A stretch of 64,000 bases of DNA from Eledone cirrhosa (Eukaryota): positions 69,440,001-69,504,000 of the forward strand of contig OZ024743.1 of the NCBI GenBank assembly GCA_964016885.1. Reading direction: 5' to 3'. A program made the position numbers and the translations under genes. Positions 27,994 through 44,419 of the stretch are shown here, piece by piece. The notes beneath the pieces were generated by a model, which saw only the letters and a list, made by a program, of their open reading frames with translations, was not told where the DNA came from and searched no databases. Numbering within the stretch: the stretch's first letter is position 1; every line of letters starts with the position of its first letter.

Positions 27994-28624
27994 TGACTGT
28001 CCAAGTAAATCTGGTGGTATTTATATATTTTCTGGTGGTTGGTTGATGGGTTTAAAGAACAGGGAATTCTTTAAAAGCTAATTCTTTAAAGTGACAAAGG
28101 TAGAAAGAATACTATAAACAAGTTCAGATTAGAGGACCACTCCTTATTTTTATGTTTCTCATAAGCTATATATATAAGATAAATATATATAAGCTATATA
28201 GTCCAGAAATAGCCGTCGAAACGGCTTGAGCTCTTCTGAGGGCTTAAATATTTTCCTAAGCTATATATATATATATATGTCAGTCGATATATGTGTGTGT
28301 GTGTGTGAGTGTGTGTGTGTGTTTATATATATATATATATGGATTGTAACGTCCAGTTACTGTAGATAAACAGTGTGTGCACTCGTTTCTTAGTTTCCAA
28401 TAAGTGTACCACTAAGCAGTGTGTAATAATAAAAATATTAATATTAAGGACGATTTGTTTTGTCTTCAATACGCTGATGAGTAGTGACGCACGTTTTTTT
28501 TTTCTATTGATCAGCTCAAGGCTCATTCTGTATCGATCTAGCCCGACTCTGGAATCAAAATCTCGTCGGACCTCTCTGGTGTGGTAATAACAGAATAAAC
28601 CTCTTAGGTCGTAGAAAAAGTATA

Positions 28625-28712
28625 TAATTGTTTCTACTTTTAGCACAAGGCCAGCAATTACTCAGTGCATTACTGGTACTTTATTTTATCGACCCCGTAA
28701 GGATGAAAGGCA
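28625..28712 (-). mobile_element. SINE 3' fragment
   Basis: GCACAAGGCCAGCAATT...CAGTGCATTACTGGTACTTTATTTTATCGACCCCGTAAGGATGAAAGGCA. Confidence 0.85.
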
Positions 28713-28765
28713 GAGAAAAACTATATAATGAATCATATATATATATGTATATATATATATATGAC

Positions 28766-28817
<52 letters not shown>

Positions 28818-28820
28818 TAC

Positions 28821-28867
<47 letters not shown>

Positions 28868-28915
28868 TATATACACATATATATATATATATATATATAC
28901 ATATATATACACACA

Positions 28916-28993
<78 letters not shown>

Positions 28994-28998
28994 TATAT

Positions 28999-29078
<80 letters not shown>

Positions 29079-29097
29079 GTATATATATATGTATATA

Positions 29098-29142
<45 letters not shown>

Positions 29143-29307
29143 GAGAAAGCTTTTTAGCGATACTCCGGCCAAATTCCAACTCACTCAACAAAAATTAGGA
29201 AATAAGTGATTATATTCACAATTATGCGTTCGGGGTGCTAACTAAAAGTATTGCGTGGAAAATTGGCTGTATTATTTATATGAGACATATCGAATATATA
29301 TATATAT

Positions 29308-29712
29308 TAAATTGTTAAACAATATTCAATGATTATGTCAAAGAATGAGTTTTACAGTAGTTTGGAAGCACTCAACGGTTAAAAATAATTTTCTGGAGTT
29401 ATTAATATTAAAATATAAGTATTAATAAAATAGATGTTCTTTAGATCAATTACATTTTATTATACATATTTCGGATGTAGAACAGTACATCCTCATCAGA
29501 CAAAATATAATGATACATGACATACCCTGAGATATTAAATGGTTAAGATTAAATGTTAAGATTAAATCTTAACCATTTAACATCTCAGTGTATGTCATGT
29601 ATCATTATATTTTGTCCGATAAGGACGTACTCTTCTACATCCGAAATATGTATAATAAAATGTAATTGATCAAAAGAACATCTATTTTATTAATACTTAT
29701 ATTTTAATATAT
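29308..29712. mobile_element. Fold-back element (family H): arms ~29404-29550 / ~29565-29712 plus a ~95-nt tail
   Basis: Inverted repeat with several mismatches, flanked by (TA)n. Confidence 0.88.
29454..29506 (-). ncRNA. Type-I HHR with canonical core
   Basis: ATTTTGT-CTGATGA-GGATGTA-ctgttc-TACATCC-GAAA-TATGT-ATA-ATAAAAT, with a perfect 7-bp stem II. The mirror copy at ~29608-29660 is mutated. Confidence 0.85.
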
Positions 29713-29865
29713 ATATATATATATATATTAGAAAGTGAGGTTTTTTTTACAAAATGAAAAATAACCGAGGTGTCCTACACGAGTGAAAGTATAAAGAAAA
29801 ATAGATGAAATCGAAAATGCAACTGGAGTCTTATTTTTTAAAAAAATATATTTATTTATTTGGTT

Positions 29866-29903
29866 CCTTTACCGGTTTCGCAGTTCTTCTGCTTTTCAAA
29901 AAG
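29866..29903 (-). ncRNA. Minimal HHR, U3-A8 core variant (family G, 29729-29945; second copy 60227-60445 with HHR 60363-60402)
   Basis: CTTT-TTGAAAA-GCAG-aagaa-CTGC-GAAAC-CG-GTA-AAGG, with palindromic ACCGGT stem III. Confidence 0.75.
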
Positions 29904-29989
29904 TGAGTTGTGATGGAGGGTCTGTGGTTTTTCTCACATCTGTATATATATCTGTTTTTCTCACATATATATATATATATGTATATATA

Positions 29990-30190
29990 TGAAAAGAGTC
30001 AGACCCCGACGGCAGAGCTCAAGCCGTTTCGACACCTATTTCTGGACTATTCTGAGTCCAGAAATAGCTGTCGAAACGGCTTGAGCTCTGCCGCCGGGAT
30101 CTGCCTCTTTTCCTATTACCCACTCTACTACCCTAAGTATTGAGTACTCTGGTGCGTTATCGTCCACCTGGTTCCTTACCACACTTTCTG
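29990..30190. mobile_element. Family C fold-back fragment; other copies ~28200-28260, 35828-36000, 56720-56900, 57825-57897, 58985-59140
   Basis: Inverted GACCCCGACGGCAGAGCTCAAGCCGTTTCGAC..TTCTGGACT. Contains the HHR 3' half GAAAC-GGC..GCC-GTC-GGGGT. Confidence 0.8.
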
Positions 30191-30745
30191 AAGGTCTGAT
30201 GCAGATATCGACTATTCCTTTATACATAAAAATGTGATACGTATTTCCATAGCTGTCCTGTGAACGAAATGCTTTGAATACGCAACAAGTAATGCTACAT
30301 CATCAGATAGCATGTTTAGCAATAAGGGTATGTTTCCAATATAATACAAGCTAAAATACACACGTTGTATATAGTCTGGAACTAGCTCTTGACGCACCAA
30401 GAGCTCATCCGTAGGGTCCCGACTGTTTATAATATAACCATAATTTACCACCCCAATTATCGAGTACTCTGTTGAGTAATGGTTTAACCATTTTCAAACT
30501 AAATCCATTTTGATTAGCACCAACATTTTTGCAAGAGATGTCAACATGAATGGACCTGTTATTTTTATCTAAAGACGTGTTTTCCAATTCCAACCCACTC
30601 GTCCCCTCAATCTATCTTATTTTTTCTTCTAGCGTCCGAAAGTTTGAGACCCTCTTCCTGCTATATCAAGCGTTAACCTGATATATCCCTTCCATATACT
30701 GTACCGATTTTGTTGTTTTTTCTGTTTACCTTTTACATACACATA

Positions 30746-30803
<58 letters not shown>

Positions 30804-30918
30804 GAAGTTATATTTAATTTGTTGGGATACACCAAGCAAATATTTTTATAACTGATATAAAGCACTCAACACATTTTAATAATTAATAAATGGAAACTAT
30901 ATTTATAAAACCATATTT

Positions 30919-30981
30919 ATTTCATTATACATATTTCAAGGACACCAAAGCAAATTATGGTGCGCTTTCATCAGATAAAAT
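30919..30981 (-). ncRNA. Type-I HHR (family F relative)
   Basis: ATTTTAT-CTGATGA-AAG..GCACCA..TGGTGT..CTT-GAAA-TATGT-ATA-ATGAAAT. Confidence 0.75.
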
Positions 30982-31103
30982 ATAATATAGATCAGTTTTA
31001 TAAACAAATATTGACATACCCTTAAAAGAATGCGACCATTCGTGTGCGTGTGCGTGTGTGTACACACACACACACACACACATACACCACCCCTCCCTTC
31101 ATA

Positions 31104-31138
<35 letters not shown>

Positions 31139-31199
31139 AGGAATTGTGGATGAGACTTTTCTAAATGTACAAATCACACCCATATGCTATAAACAAACA

Positions 31200-31495
31200 C
31201 AATTCAAAACATCACAAAACATGACAATCACCTCCAAAAGAAAAAGAACTACGTAATGCAACACAAGCACACATAAAACACAATTGTGTAGTCATATATA
31301 TATGGACATAGACCTGTCCTGAAAATGTGAAAATATTATGAAAAATTAGCATACAGACAGACATACCGATAGCACAGGATAAACCTGATATTATTCTCCG
31401 CCACAAAAATAACAATAGCGTACTAATTATCGACATAGAAATAACAAATAACTATAATGCTGCACAGAAGATTGTTAGAAAGCTACGGAATTGCC
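31200..31495 (+). mobile_element. R4/Dong-like RLE remnant
   Basis: ENVKIL*KISIQTDIPIAQDKPDIILRHKNNNSVLIIDI. Confidence 0.65.
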
Positions 31496-31800
31496 CCGTT
31501 TTATCCAAATTAATTGTATTTGTCTATGAAAATATTTGTTTTTGTAGGTCGGGGTGTGGCTGGTATAATCCTTCCCTGACCCTTAACATTATCGTTAGCT
31601 CTGAACATTGCAGCACTGTTTGAATATTCAATGATTCAAACATCAAACTGACGGATTATTGATTACGACTAGGGGTCAAACCTCCCATACCAACACCCAC
31701 ACATCCTACAGAAGTATAGTGCACTAGATAACTTTACCTTTTAGTCTTTCGATGGCGATAAACTACCAGTTAATTACTGGGTTCGATTCCCACCCCTCTC

Positions 31801-32739
<939 letters not shown>

Positions 32740-32750
32740 TATATATATAT

Positions 32751-33925
32751 ATCCAAAATTAAATTAAGGTTGTCATGTCTGAGAGACATGCGCCATATTC
32801 ACTGCAGAATAAGCTCAAAGATTCCAATGAATAGATCCGAGCATTTTATATCAACTAGAAATAGATTGACACATATATCTATAAAATAAACACATGAAAC
32901 AATCTCAGGGAATAATTTGTAAAGTGTGTGAGCACACAAAGTTAGGTAGGTAACTAATTAAAGTTTAACTAGAACTTCAAATATAGATACCTTTAAAATG
33001 ATTAATCTCCTTTGTATATATTTCTTATAATAAAAAATATATTTCACCAATTAACCAGTAAATCACAGCGGTCAAATCCCGGATGGTCACCAAAGGAGAA
33101 GATCTAACCATCTGCGTTTACACAGCAAAAGCAAATCTATGAATGACTCGAACCATGTGTTGCATTTTATAAAAATTACAGACATCGCATCGCGTCATCC
33201 CAGTGGCGTGAATAGGATTATCGACAGCTAGAAATAGCAGCCGAGTCCATTCAACTGAATTAGCTCTACAATCAAGGGGCTGTATATATATCCAAAATTA
33301 AATTAATGTTCTCATTTCTGAGAGACATGCGCCATATTCACTGCAAAATAAGCTCAAAGATTCCAATGAATAGATCCGAGCATTTTATATCAACTAGAAA
33401 TAGGTTGACACATATATATATATAATATACGCATGAAACAATCTCAGGGAATAATTTGTAAAGTGTGTAAGCACACATAGCAAGATAGGTAACTAATTAA
33501 AGTTTAACTAGAAATGATTAATCTCCTTTGTATATATTTCTTTCAATAAAAAATATATTTCACCAATTGGGATGACGCGGTGCGATGTCTGCATTTTTTA
33601 TAAAATGCGACACGTGGTTCGAGTCATTCACAGATTTGCATTTGCTGTGTAAACGCAGATGGTTGGATCTTCTCCTTTGGTGACCATCCGGATTTGACCG
33701 CTGTGATTTACTGGTTAATTGGTAAAATATATTGTTATTTAAACAAATATATACAAAGGAGATTAATCATTTTAAAGGTATCTATATTTGAAGTTCTAGT
33801 TAAACTTTAATTAGTTACCTACCTAGCTATGTGTGATTACACACTTTACAAATTATTCCCTGAGATTGTTTCATGTGTTTATTTTATATATATATATATA
33901 TGTGTCAATCTATTTCTAGTTGATA
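32751..33925. mobile_element. Family I composite: two direct copies (32751-~33230, 33289-33568) plus an inverted tail-less copy (33568-33925)
   Basis: ATCCAAAATTAAATTAA..GAGAGACATGCGCC occurs twice after (TA)n. 33568-33925 is the reverse complement of ~32850-33200. Confidence 0.85.
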
Positions 33926-34515
33926 TATATATATATATATATACAAATTTTAGCACAGCCACAACGAAGCTTTTGGTTGCAGCCAAGCTAACGAATGCAG
34001 TTTCGGTCTGCAGCTAAGCACTCAATAGTGATATTACCCTAGAGTTATAACATTACGTTTCGACAGCTTTGCAAATCAAATACAGCGACCGATAGACTGG
34101 CGGCAGTGTCCATAGCGACGAAGAAAACCGAACTCAGAAAAAATGTTTGACTGACCTGGACCATCGCGTTAATATCATAGACAACACATAATATATACCA
34201 TACAATATACATCACATATAATATATAACATCTCCTCTAGGTTTCTGTAAATCCGAAATCGACAAAATCCACTTGCAGGAGTCTGCAGGTTAATGGTTTT
34301 TGATGACAGAACAAAAGAGTTTACTTTCTAGCAGTAAGCACCGCTATAAGACACATGGTTTTCCCAAAGGGAGGTAACCTCCGGTTTTGGCGATCAATTC
34401 GAAGTTGGAACAAAGGAATAACATGCCCTTACACAAACCGAATTTAGCACTCAACTAGAAGTTATCAAATAAACATAAACAATTACTCAATCAATAGAAT
34501 TGTCTAATTAAATTA

Positions 34516-34564
<49 letters not shown>

Positions 34565-34762
34565 CTTGGGGAGGGTCATATTTGTGTAATATTGCCAGAA
34601 TTAATAACAGAACACACTCACTGTTTGGTTGGTTTTCGCTTTTCGCTTCTGTGTCTTTTATATCGGTAATCTAATTCATTCGGTCCTCAATGTTGCCATT
34701 GACTGACCAACGGTCAAAAATAGTACAGATACAATATAGACACAAACACATATATATAGTTT

Positions 34763-34804
34763 ATCAAAGTTCTTTCGTTGCACATCTGCAACATCGTCAG
34801 TTGT
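34763..34804 (-). ncRNA. Type-I HHR (family A relative, 34560-34860; decayed sister at ~23675-23718)
   Basis: CTGACGA-T-GTTGCA-gatg-TGCAAC-GAAAG-AA-CTT-TG. Confidence 0.7.
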
Positions 34805-35237
34805 GCTATTGTTTCCTCCCGTTGCATTGTATTTTCTTCTCCCCAAGTCTAAAAAAATATGTTTCGACACACGATTTCATATCAAAAACCTCGCAAAACT
34901 AATTCATCGCCGTTATATATATATCTATATATCTATATATCTCTATATATATATATATATATATATATCTTTCTGTTCCACTCTCTGTCTTTATGTCCAG
35001 AGAAAACCGCCTTTTTTAGGTTTAAAGTGCCCAAGACACTGTATGTCACTATCGCACCCCAACAATTCTATCAAGAGTTACAGGTCTATATACACATACG
35101 TAAAGGAATTTCTGAATTAGCTACATTGCCTCTGGCTCTCCAGCCTTAGACACAAATAATCCACGCACAGGCATAACATGATTGTTGCTATCATGCAATG
35201 CAATATAGGCTGGTATTTTGAAATGCCAACAGAAAAT

Positions 35238-35430
35238 TATAATTGTTTCTACTATTGGCACAAGGCCAGCAATTATTCCAGTGCATTACTGGTACTTTAT
35301 TTTATCGACCTCGTAAGGATGAAAGGCAAAGTTAACCTCGGCGGGATTTGAACTCAGACCATAAAGGGGCGCAACTCTATGCAGGAAAGCATGGCGTCCA
35401 ACCATCTACCGATACTGCCAATTCACCGCA
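35238..35430 (-). mobile_element. Well-preserved tRNA-derived SINE with Deu/Nin-like core
   Basis: Minus strand GCGGTGAATTGGCAGTATCGGTAG...GAGTTCAAATCCCGCCGAGGTTAACTTTGCCTTTCATCCTT. Confidence 0.9.
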
Positions 35431-36091
35431 AGTTATAATAAACATACACCATATGTATCTCTGTGTATGACAACGCCATGCTCTAGAATATGCGAAAGCT
35501 CAGAAAGAAAGATCATCTCATATAAGCAGTATATTGTCAAGATTTAACACCTTACAACGAACTACTAATCCCGGCGAACTATGATGCAACTCTAATATCG
35601 AAGAAACATTAAGTATTGAGACTACCAGATCGCCCGTATGAGTTTTCATTACGCAGTGTTCATACATTCGGCGCAACTCGTCTTTCACTTAATAATCCTA
35701 GACTATGGCATGGCGTTCTTCCGCTCAACATCTAGTATGAATCACCGTTAACATTACTTCTTCCTCCGTCGCTGATGTCACATCTCCACCATTTACCACC
35801 CCGTGTAAACTACCAATTTTCTTCGTATTACCCACTCTACTACCACTTTCGGTAGTAGAGTGGGTAATAAGAAAAGAGTCAGGACCCCGACGGCAGAGCT
35901 CAAGCCGTTTCGACAACTATTTCTGGAACTATTTCGGTCCAGAAATAGCTGTCGAAACAGCTTGAGCTCTGCCGTCGGGGTCCTGACTATTTTCCTATAT
36001 ATATATGCAAATCAGGCCGATCAGTCACTGTATATTTTCGAAAATAGCATATATTTTCACTAGCTCTGACAGTTGGCAGGTGAACAGTGAG

Positions 36092-36135
36092 CTATACTGA
36101 TGAAGGGTGATACCCAGAAACATTAGCGTCTGCAG
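36092..36135 (+). ncRNA. Type-I HHR
   Basis: CTATA-CTGATGA-AGGGT-gat-ACCCA-GAAAC-attagc-GTC-TGCAG. Confidence 0.65.
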
Positions 36136-36268
36136 TTCTATTTACATGCCAACATAAGAGCAAGAATGAGGGGCTCATTCTACTGACATGGCTTTAAAAA
36201 TGACGCTTGTTTGCATAATTGCAAACGAATCGAATATTATTATTAATATTCGAAAAACTCAGATTATA

Positions 36269-36317
<49 letters not shown>

Positions 36318-36793
36318 TGTATATCTATATATAAAATGTAAACAGAAATAACAACACAATCGGTACAGTATATGGAAGGTATATATTAGGTTAACGCTTG
36401 ATATAGCAGGAAGAGGGTCTTAACGTTTCGAACGCTAGTCCTTTCACCTCGAAACTGGATACCAACCCGGAGTACACCTGAACTTCCACCAAGAAATCTT
36501 TCGTATCTTTGAAATTTCTTTGACTATGGTTACCCCTGATTGAACTCGGGATAAACATCTCTAACAAGGAGAAGGGTTGCACACTTTTTTGGGGGTGTGT
36601 GTGCGACCCCCCAAGGCGCCTCCTCCCTATTGAGGATTTTGTTATTAAATTTATCTTGTTATATTATATTTTATTTTTATATCTTGTTATTGCCTCCTAC
36701 TTATTGAGTACGCCTTTTTCTGTAAATTCCCCCCATTGTAATTGTCCCACTTTTTGATGCCCTGGTGGCAAATAAAAAGAAAGTTATCTATCT

Positions 36794-36828
<35 letters not shown>

Positions 36829-36999
36829 AGTATAAGTATATATGTGGGTAGGTGTATATATATGTATGTGTATATATATATATATGTATATATATACACA
36901 TACATATATATACACCTACCCACATATATACTTATACTCACACACATTTGCGGTTGCTGGACGTTGATTTACATATCTGCCGTCCTTTGACTGGTTTCA

Positions 37000-37390
37000 A
37001 TTTCAAAGCACAATGTGTTATAAAACCACACTTCACATGGAGCACCCTAGGTGGGGTTGCCCGTTTAGTCGCTGACAAGCGGACCATGCAACATGTTGCA
37101 TTATGTTATATATTGCCAATAAAGCTGGAGAATGATCTGACATATCTCATCAAACAGATCTGGAAATAGATATAACCAAAATAAGAACTGAAAATAGAAG
37201 CAATATTTGTAACAGTGGATGCTTTCGGAAAGTTTTAAAAATACAGGCAAATACATAAGGAAACTCCCAAGAAAAACAGTGAACATGACACGGCTAAGCA
37301 TTGGATACTTAGTAAGTAGAGTACTGTAAAAAAAAATAGAACATACTAAACCAAAACAGATTACACTTGTCCTTGGCACACAGGGCTGCC
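37000..37390 (+). mobile_element. Highly decayed R4/Dong-like 3' remnant
   Basis: DLEIDI..LKIEAIFVTVDAFGK-like traces matching the RLE C-terminus. Confidence 0.4.
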
Positions 37391-37429
37391 TTCATTTATT
37401 CTGTGCATCCACGAAATAAACTTATACAA

Positions 37430-37975
37430 CTGAAATAATTGTCTCCAACAAATATTCTATTTTCATGTTGTAGGTTAATCGATTAAATATATCGATCCTC
37501 CATGAACGAAAGTCAAACTTGATTTTGGTGGGATTTTGACTCAGAACAGCAAGGAATTTGTCCCAAGACCTCACAATTCTGTTAAAATAACGCAAATAAA
37601 CCTAATGTTTTTTAAAATAGGCCAATTTTAAGGGGTTACAATCGATTAATTCGAACATGGTATTTGATCAGTAAATATTTTAATGATACCAGTAAAATGA
37701 TGGGCAAATTTGACACTGTATATCATCTGATTTTTTGTTAGATTCCACCAAAGATTTTACACGACGTTTTTTTTTCAACAAGACCAAAAATTCAGGTGAA
37801 GGGTAAAGTCGATTAGATCACCGCAAGTACTTAACTGGCATTTCATTTTATGGACCCTGTATAGGTGAAAGGCAAATTTAACCGAAGCTGGCCTTGGAAT
37901 CAGAAGGTAAAACGTAACTAAATACCACAAACCATTTGTCCGGAGCTCAACCAATATTGCTAATCCACTACCCTA
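37430..37975 (-). mobile_element. Cluster of about three degenerate SINE copies
   Basis: Repeated TCGATTAA..., GAAAGGCAAA and GAACTCAGAA-like segments. Confidence 0.6.
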
Positions 37976-38397
37976 ATGTTTTACATAGCTTGAAATCTTA
38001 GGTGTGGAAATATTTCTTTATTTATTCTCTCTCTACCTCCCTATCTCTCGCTCTCCACCATTCTCTCTCTCTCCCTCTCTCTTTCACTCTCTCTTGCAGT
38101 CTTTCCTTCACAATCGTTTGTTCTACCGATATACCACAGTTTTAAAAGTATTTTCCATAGCAACCTCTTTACTATAACTTCCAGTCGTTTAACATAACCT
38201 ATAAACAGTACTAACTAATTGACTCCCTTTTCTTTTTTCCCTCTTCTCAATCTCCCAGACCGCCGACAACATACTGATAAAATCGGGCAACTGTTTGAAG
38301 CGAAAACTAAACTTTTCTTTATCTCAGATTCTGCAAGCTAAGATAAATGGCCAAGTAATGTGTTATATGTTTACAACTCATTTGTGGAGGAACCGTC

Positions 38398-40350
<1,953 letters not shown>

Positions 40351-40699
40351 ATAATGTTGTGATGTATATAAATAGCTTTAACCTTACTAAAACAATAGAT
40401 TGATTGCCACAACTTCACCCACCATCACTCCTGCCATTTGCTCACATCATCTTTTCTACCGCCAATGGTAGTTACCTCTCGTATCAAACAACCTCATCAC
40501 ACAAAAAAAAAAATGAAAACAGAAATACAAAACATACTAAAGGAGTTATGGCGAGAGGCGCAGTCCAATCTTAATAACATCCCATACTTGACAATGAAAT
40601 AAGCCAAATTGTATGTGAACAATCGTTTAGAATCTCAGAACTAATTGCATAAACAGAAATAGTTCTTGGAGTAAAGTACGATATTTGCTCGCAGAACCA

Positions 40700-41545
40700 A
40701 ATAATGGTTTCTACTTTAGACACAAAACGAACGGTTTTAAGGGAATGAAAATTCGATTAAATTGACCACAGTACGCTACTGGTACTTTTTTTTATCGACC
40801 CACGTGAGGATGAAAGTCAAAGTAACCTCGGAGGGATTGGAACTCAGAACGTAAAGAGACGTGATTATATACCGTAAAGCATGTTGTCCGACGCTCTACC
40901 GAGGATAACAATCCACTGCTTAAGTACCAAATAATTGTTTCTGGTATAGGCACAAGGCCAACAATTTGAAGCGGAGGGGAAAGTCGATGAAATCGACCCC
41001 AGTGCATTACTGGTGCGTTATTTTATGGACCCCATAAGGATGAAAAGCAAAATTAATATTGGTGGTATTTGAACTCACAATGTAAAGGAATATAACTATA
41101 TGCCGCAAAGCATGTTGTCCGATACTCTACCGATATTGCTAGAATTAATTAGAATTAAATTACGTAAATCTATATCGTGATGAAATATATATTTGGGTTC
41201 TTCAAAATTAATTTAAGAAACGGGTTGTGCACGGTATGTGGTGCGCGAGAGTTCTAGATATTTTTGGATAAGGTTAAGGTTTGCGAATCAATCAAATAGT
41301 CATTATTATTATTGGTTGTATCGGTAGAGAGTCGGACGCTATACTTTGCAGCAAATAGTTACGACCCTATATGGGAAAGTCGATGAAATCGAGCCCAGTG
41401 CATTACTGGTGCTTTATTTTATTGATCCCATAAGGAAGAAAGGCAAAGCCAATATCGGTGGTATTTGAACTCACATTGTAAAAGGACATGACTATATGCC
41501 GCAAAGCATGTTGTCCTACGCTCTACCGATGCTACTAAACCACAA
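40700..41545 (-). mobile_element. Tandem cluster of three SINE copies plus a short opposite-strand SINE head (~41312-41370)
   Basis: Repeated CCAGTGCATTACTGGT..GGATGAAA..GAACTCA..GCATGTTGTCC..CTCTACCGA. Confidence 0.8.
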
Positions 41546-41779
41546 ACCCGAAACGAATTAACGAATATATTTCTTAACACAAAATGAAGGTACACGAGCG
41601 CAAAGTCTGAATATATACACAGGCGTAATTGTCATTCTGGAAGTTTTCTTCAGTCTCAGAGTGTGTAGCTCTAATTTGGTTATTTTTGGAGGTGCATTCT
41701 TCACCACAGAGGTTTTTTGTGTTTAAAACCTTCAGTTTTCTCGATTTCTGGTGAGAAAATAATCTATCTTACTCATAAC

Positions 41780-42602
41780 TAATCAAGTGGTTATATACTA
41801 ATACATTGAGCTGAAAAAAGACATGGTATATAGCAGCAGCCTGGTCCCACTTATCTAAGTTATGCCCATGAAAACAAACAAAAAAAGGTCATCATAACCA
41901 ATAACTGGGGAAAAGCACAGTCTGATAGACATTGCAATCATTTCTGACCAAAATAATTGTTTCTACTTTTGGCACGAGGCCAGCAATTTTCCAGTGCATT
42001 ACTGGTACTTTATTTTGCCAAATTAATGTCCGAAATTAAGTGGAAAACTGTCAAAGTTGAAGGACCTTGTGTGATGATGTTAGACAAAATGGTGGTGTGA
42101 GGCATAAAAATGAAAACTTTTCTAATAATAATCGGAGCATCAAATGTGATAAAAATATTTGAACTAACACATAGAAGCCATACTAGGGTGCACACTATCC
42201 TAAAATAGCTCTGCTAGGAACTGCTCACATATTGTGCCAGACATTATTGATTTAATAGCAAACCTCAAATAGAACAAGGTTGACCCACGACACACGCCTT
42301 ATACAATAATCACCTAATAAAATAAAACATTATAACTCACACAGTATCTACTCTACAAGATTAATACCCAATAAAATTAGAAAACTTCGCATTACACACA
42401 TTATACATAACAGATCAAATACCAAAATAATACAAGAAACTAACAGTTAAGTCACATAAAACTAGGCTGATGCAATACAGTAACATGAGGTGTCTATACT
42501 TCCACAACAACTAGAAACATGAGACAATACACAACTCCGGACATGGGTGGCACACCAGCTGCTGCAGTAGAAGCTCGCATGAAACTACTGAAGAAATAAT
42601 AA
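41780..42602 (+). mobile_element. R4/Dong-like 3' remnant interrupted by a SINE fragment (~41952-42016), with 3' UTR ending in (TAA)n
   Basis: SLIDIAIISDQN, KLSKLKDL, FLIIIGA, KIALLGTAHILCQTL*. Confidence 0.75.
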
Positions 42603-42699
42603 TTGTTTCTACTTTTGGCACAAGGCCAGCAATTTACCAGTACATTACTGGTACTTTATTTTATGGACCCCGTAAGGATGAAAGGCAAATTTAACCTTG

Positions 42700-43060
42700 G
42701 TGTGGCAAAGGTTTTTTTCTATTTGCCAAGCTGGGATCATATGGAGGAGGCGATACAAAAACAGGTTATATCATTAAGGTGTGTGTGTTTGGGGCTACAT
42801 AAAAATGAGAAAAATATAATAATCTTTAATACGTAATACAGAGAGTCTGGACCTGCCCCAATCTTCTAATCATCCCAATTGCTTTAGAAGACTTTATGGA
42901 CAGTGACTAGAAATATGAATGTTTGGTTGAATATTTAGGATATAGATGTGAACAGCCTGAAATTACAGAAGGCTTGTATATTTTACATAGAAAGTATCAT
43001 AGGTAAGGGACTAGTTACGAAGGGCTGCAGGAGAATAATATCTACAAATCCACATATCGC
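42700..43060 (+). mobile_element. R4/Dong-like C-terminal remnant following a SINE fragment (42598-42700 minus)
   Basis: IQRVWTCPNLLIIPI...TVTRNMNVWL...LQKACIFYIESIIGKGL. Confidence 0.6.
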
Positions 43061-43591
43061 CAGAGGAACAATGAAATGCCGAGGAATGAGAAGAACGTCA
43101 TATTTCTAACATTACTGGACCCTGGAGAATGACAAGCAAAGTAGATCACGGTGGGATTTAAATTCGTAACTAAAAACCATGAAGCATTTTTTCTGGCACT
43201 ACAGATACCACCGCGCTAATCATAGTTTCTAATTTAGACACAAAACCATCAATCGTGGGGCATAGCTAAGTTAATTATATCGACACCACTACATAACTTG
43301 TACATATCTTATAGAAATAATGATAAAGACCATGGCAAAGCCAGAATGTGTGGAATGTAGAGTGTTCGAGGAGGAATACAGTAGCTCCATTAAGTAAATA
43401 ATTGATCTGTACCAACATATACTAGCATGAGGAAATGGACGGAAAATGATTTATTCATACGTTTATATATGCATACATGTATTCCTGCACACAAATACAT
43501 CTGTATTCAAAATTTGATTAAAATGTCAATGAGAACAAACAGTATAGTGAGACTAAATAACCTCTCTCTCCCTCACACACACACACACATA

Positions 43592-43652
<61 letters not shown>

Positions 43653-43730
43653 ACTCTCTATCTCTATCTCTCTCTCTTATATATACATACATATATATAT
43701 ATACATATATATATATGCACATATATATAC

Positions 43731-43783
<53 letters not shown>

Positions 43784-43985
43784 TTATATATATATATATG
43801 CCTTATATATTTATATATGCATTATATATATGCATATATATTTATATATATATATGCATATATACATGCATGCATATATATTTATTTACACATAGGTGTG
43901 CGTATCTATGGTGTAAAAGACGATTTCAAGATGTAAAAATATATATGATATCAAAATCGACATAAGATCTACCAATATCACTACG

Positions 43986-44056
<71 letters not shown>

Positions 44057-44419
44057 CACACAACCTACTAGTGACACCACCACCACCACCAATACTATCA
44101 CTAATGCCATCACTACGACAACTACCTGATATAAAATACATTATATTCTAGAAGAAATTTAAATCAGATTAAATTTATATTTTTTGTCACTTCAGAACAT
44201 TGTATTTTCTCTCTTTTCTTATATGTTGGTGTTGAATGGTGGTGGTGGTGGTTGAGGTGGTGGGTGTGGTGGTTGTGGGGGTGGGGGTGGTAGCAGGAGA
44301 GGTTGTGGTCGGGGTGAGGTGGTGGTGGTTGAGTAGATAGTGGTGTTAGTGGTGGGGATCATTGTGGTGGTGGTGGTCGGTGTTGAGGTGATGGTTGAGG
44401 TGGTGGTAGAGGTGGTGGT

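Noticed and set aside
30212-30593. RT-like ORFs on the minus strand (YKQ..G, SDD)
   Set aside because: The motif match is too weak and the orientation is opposite to the adjacent family B ribozyme.
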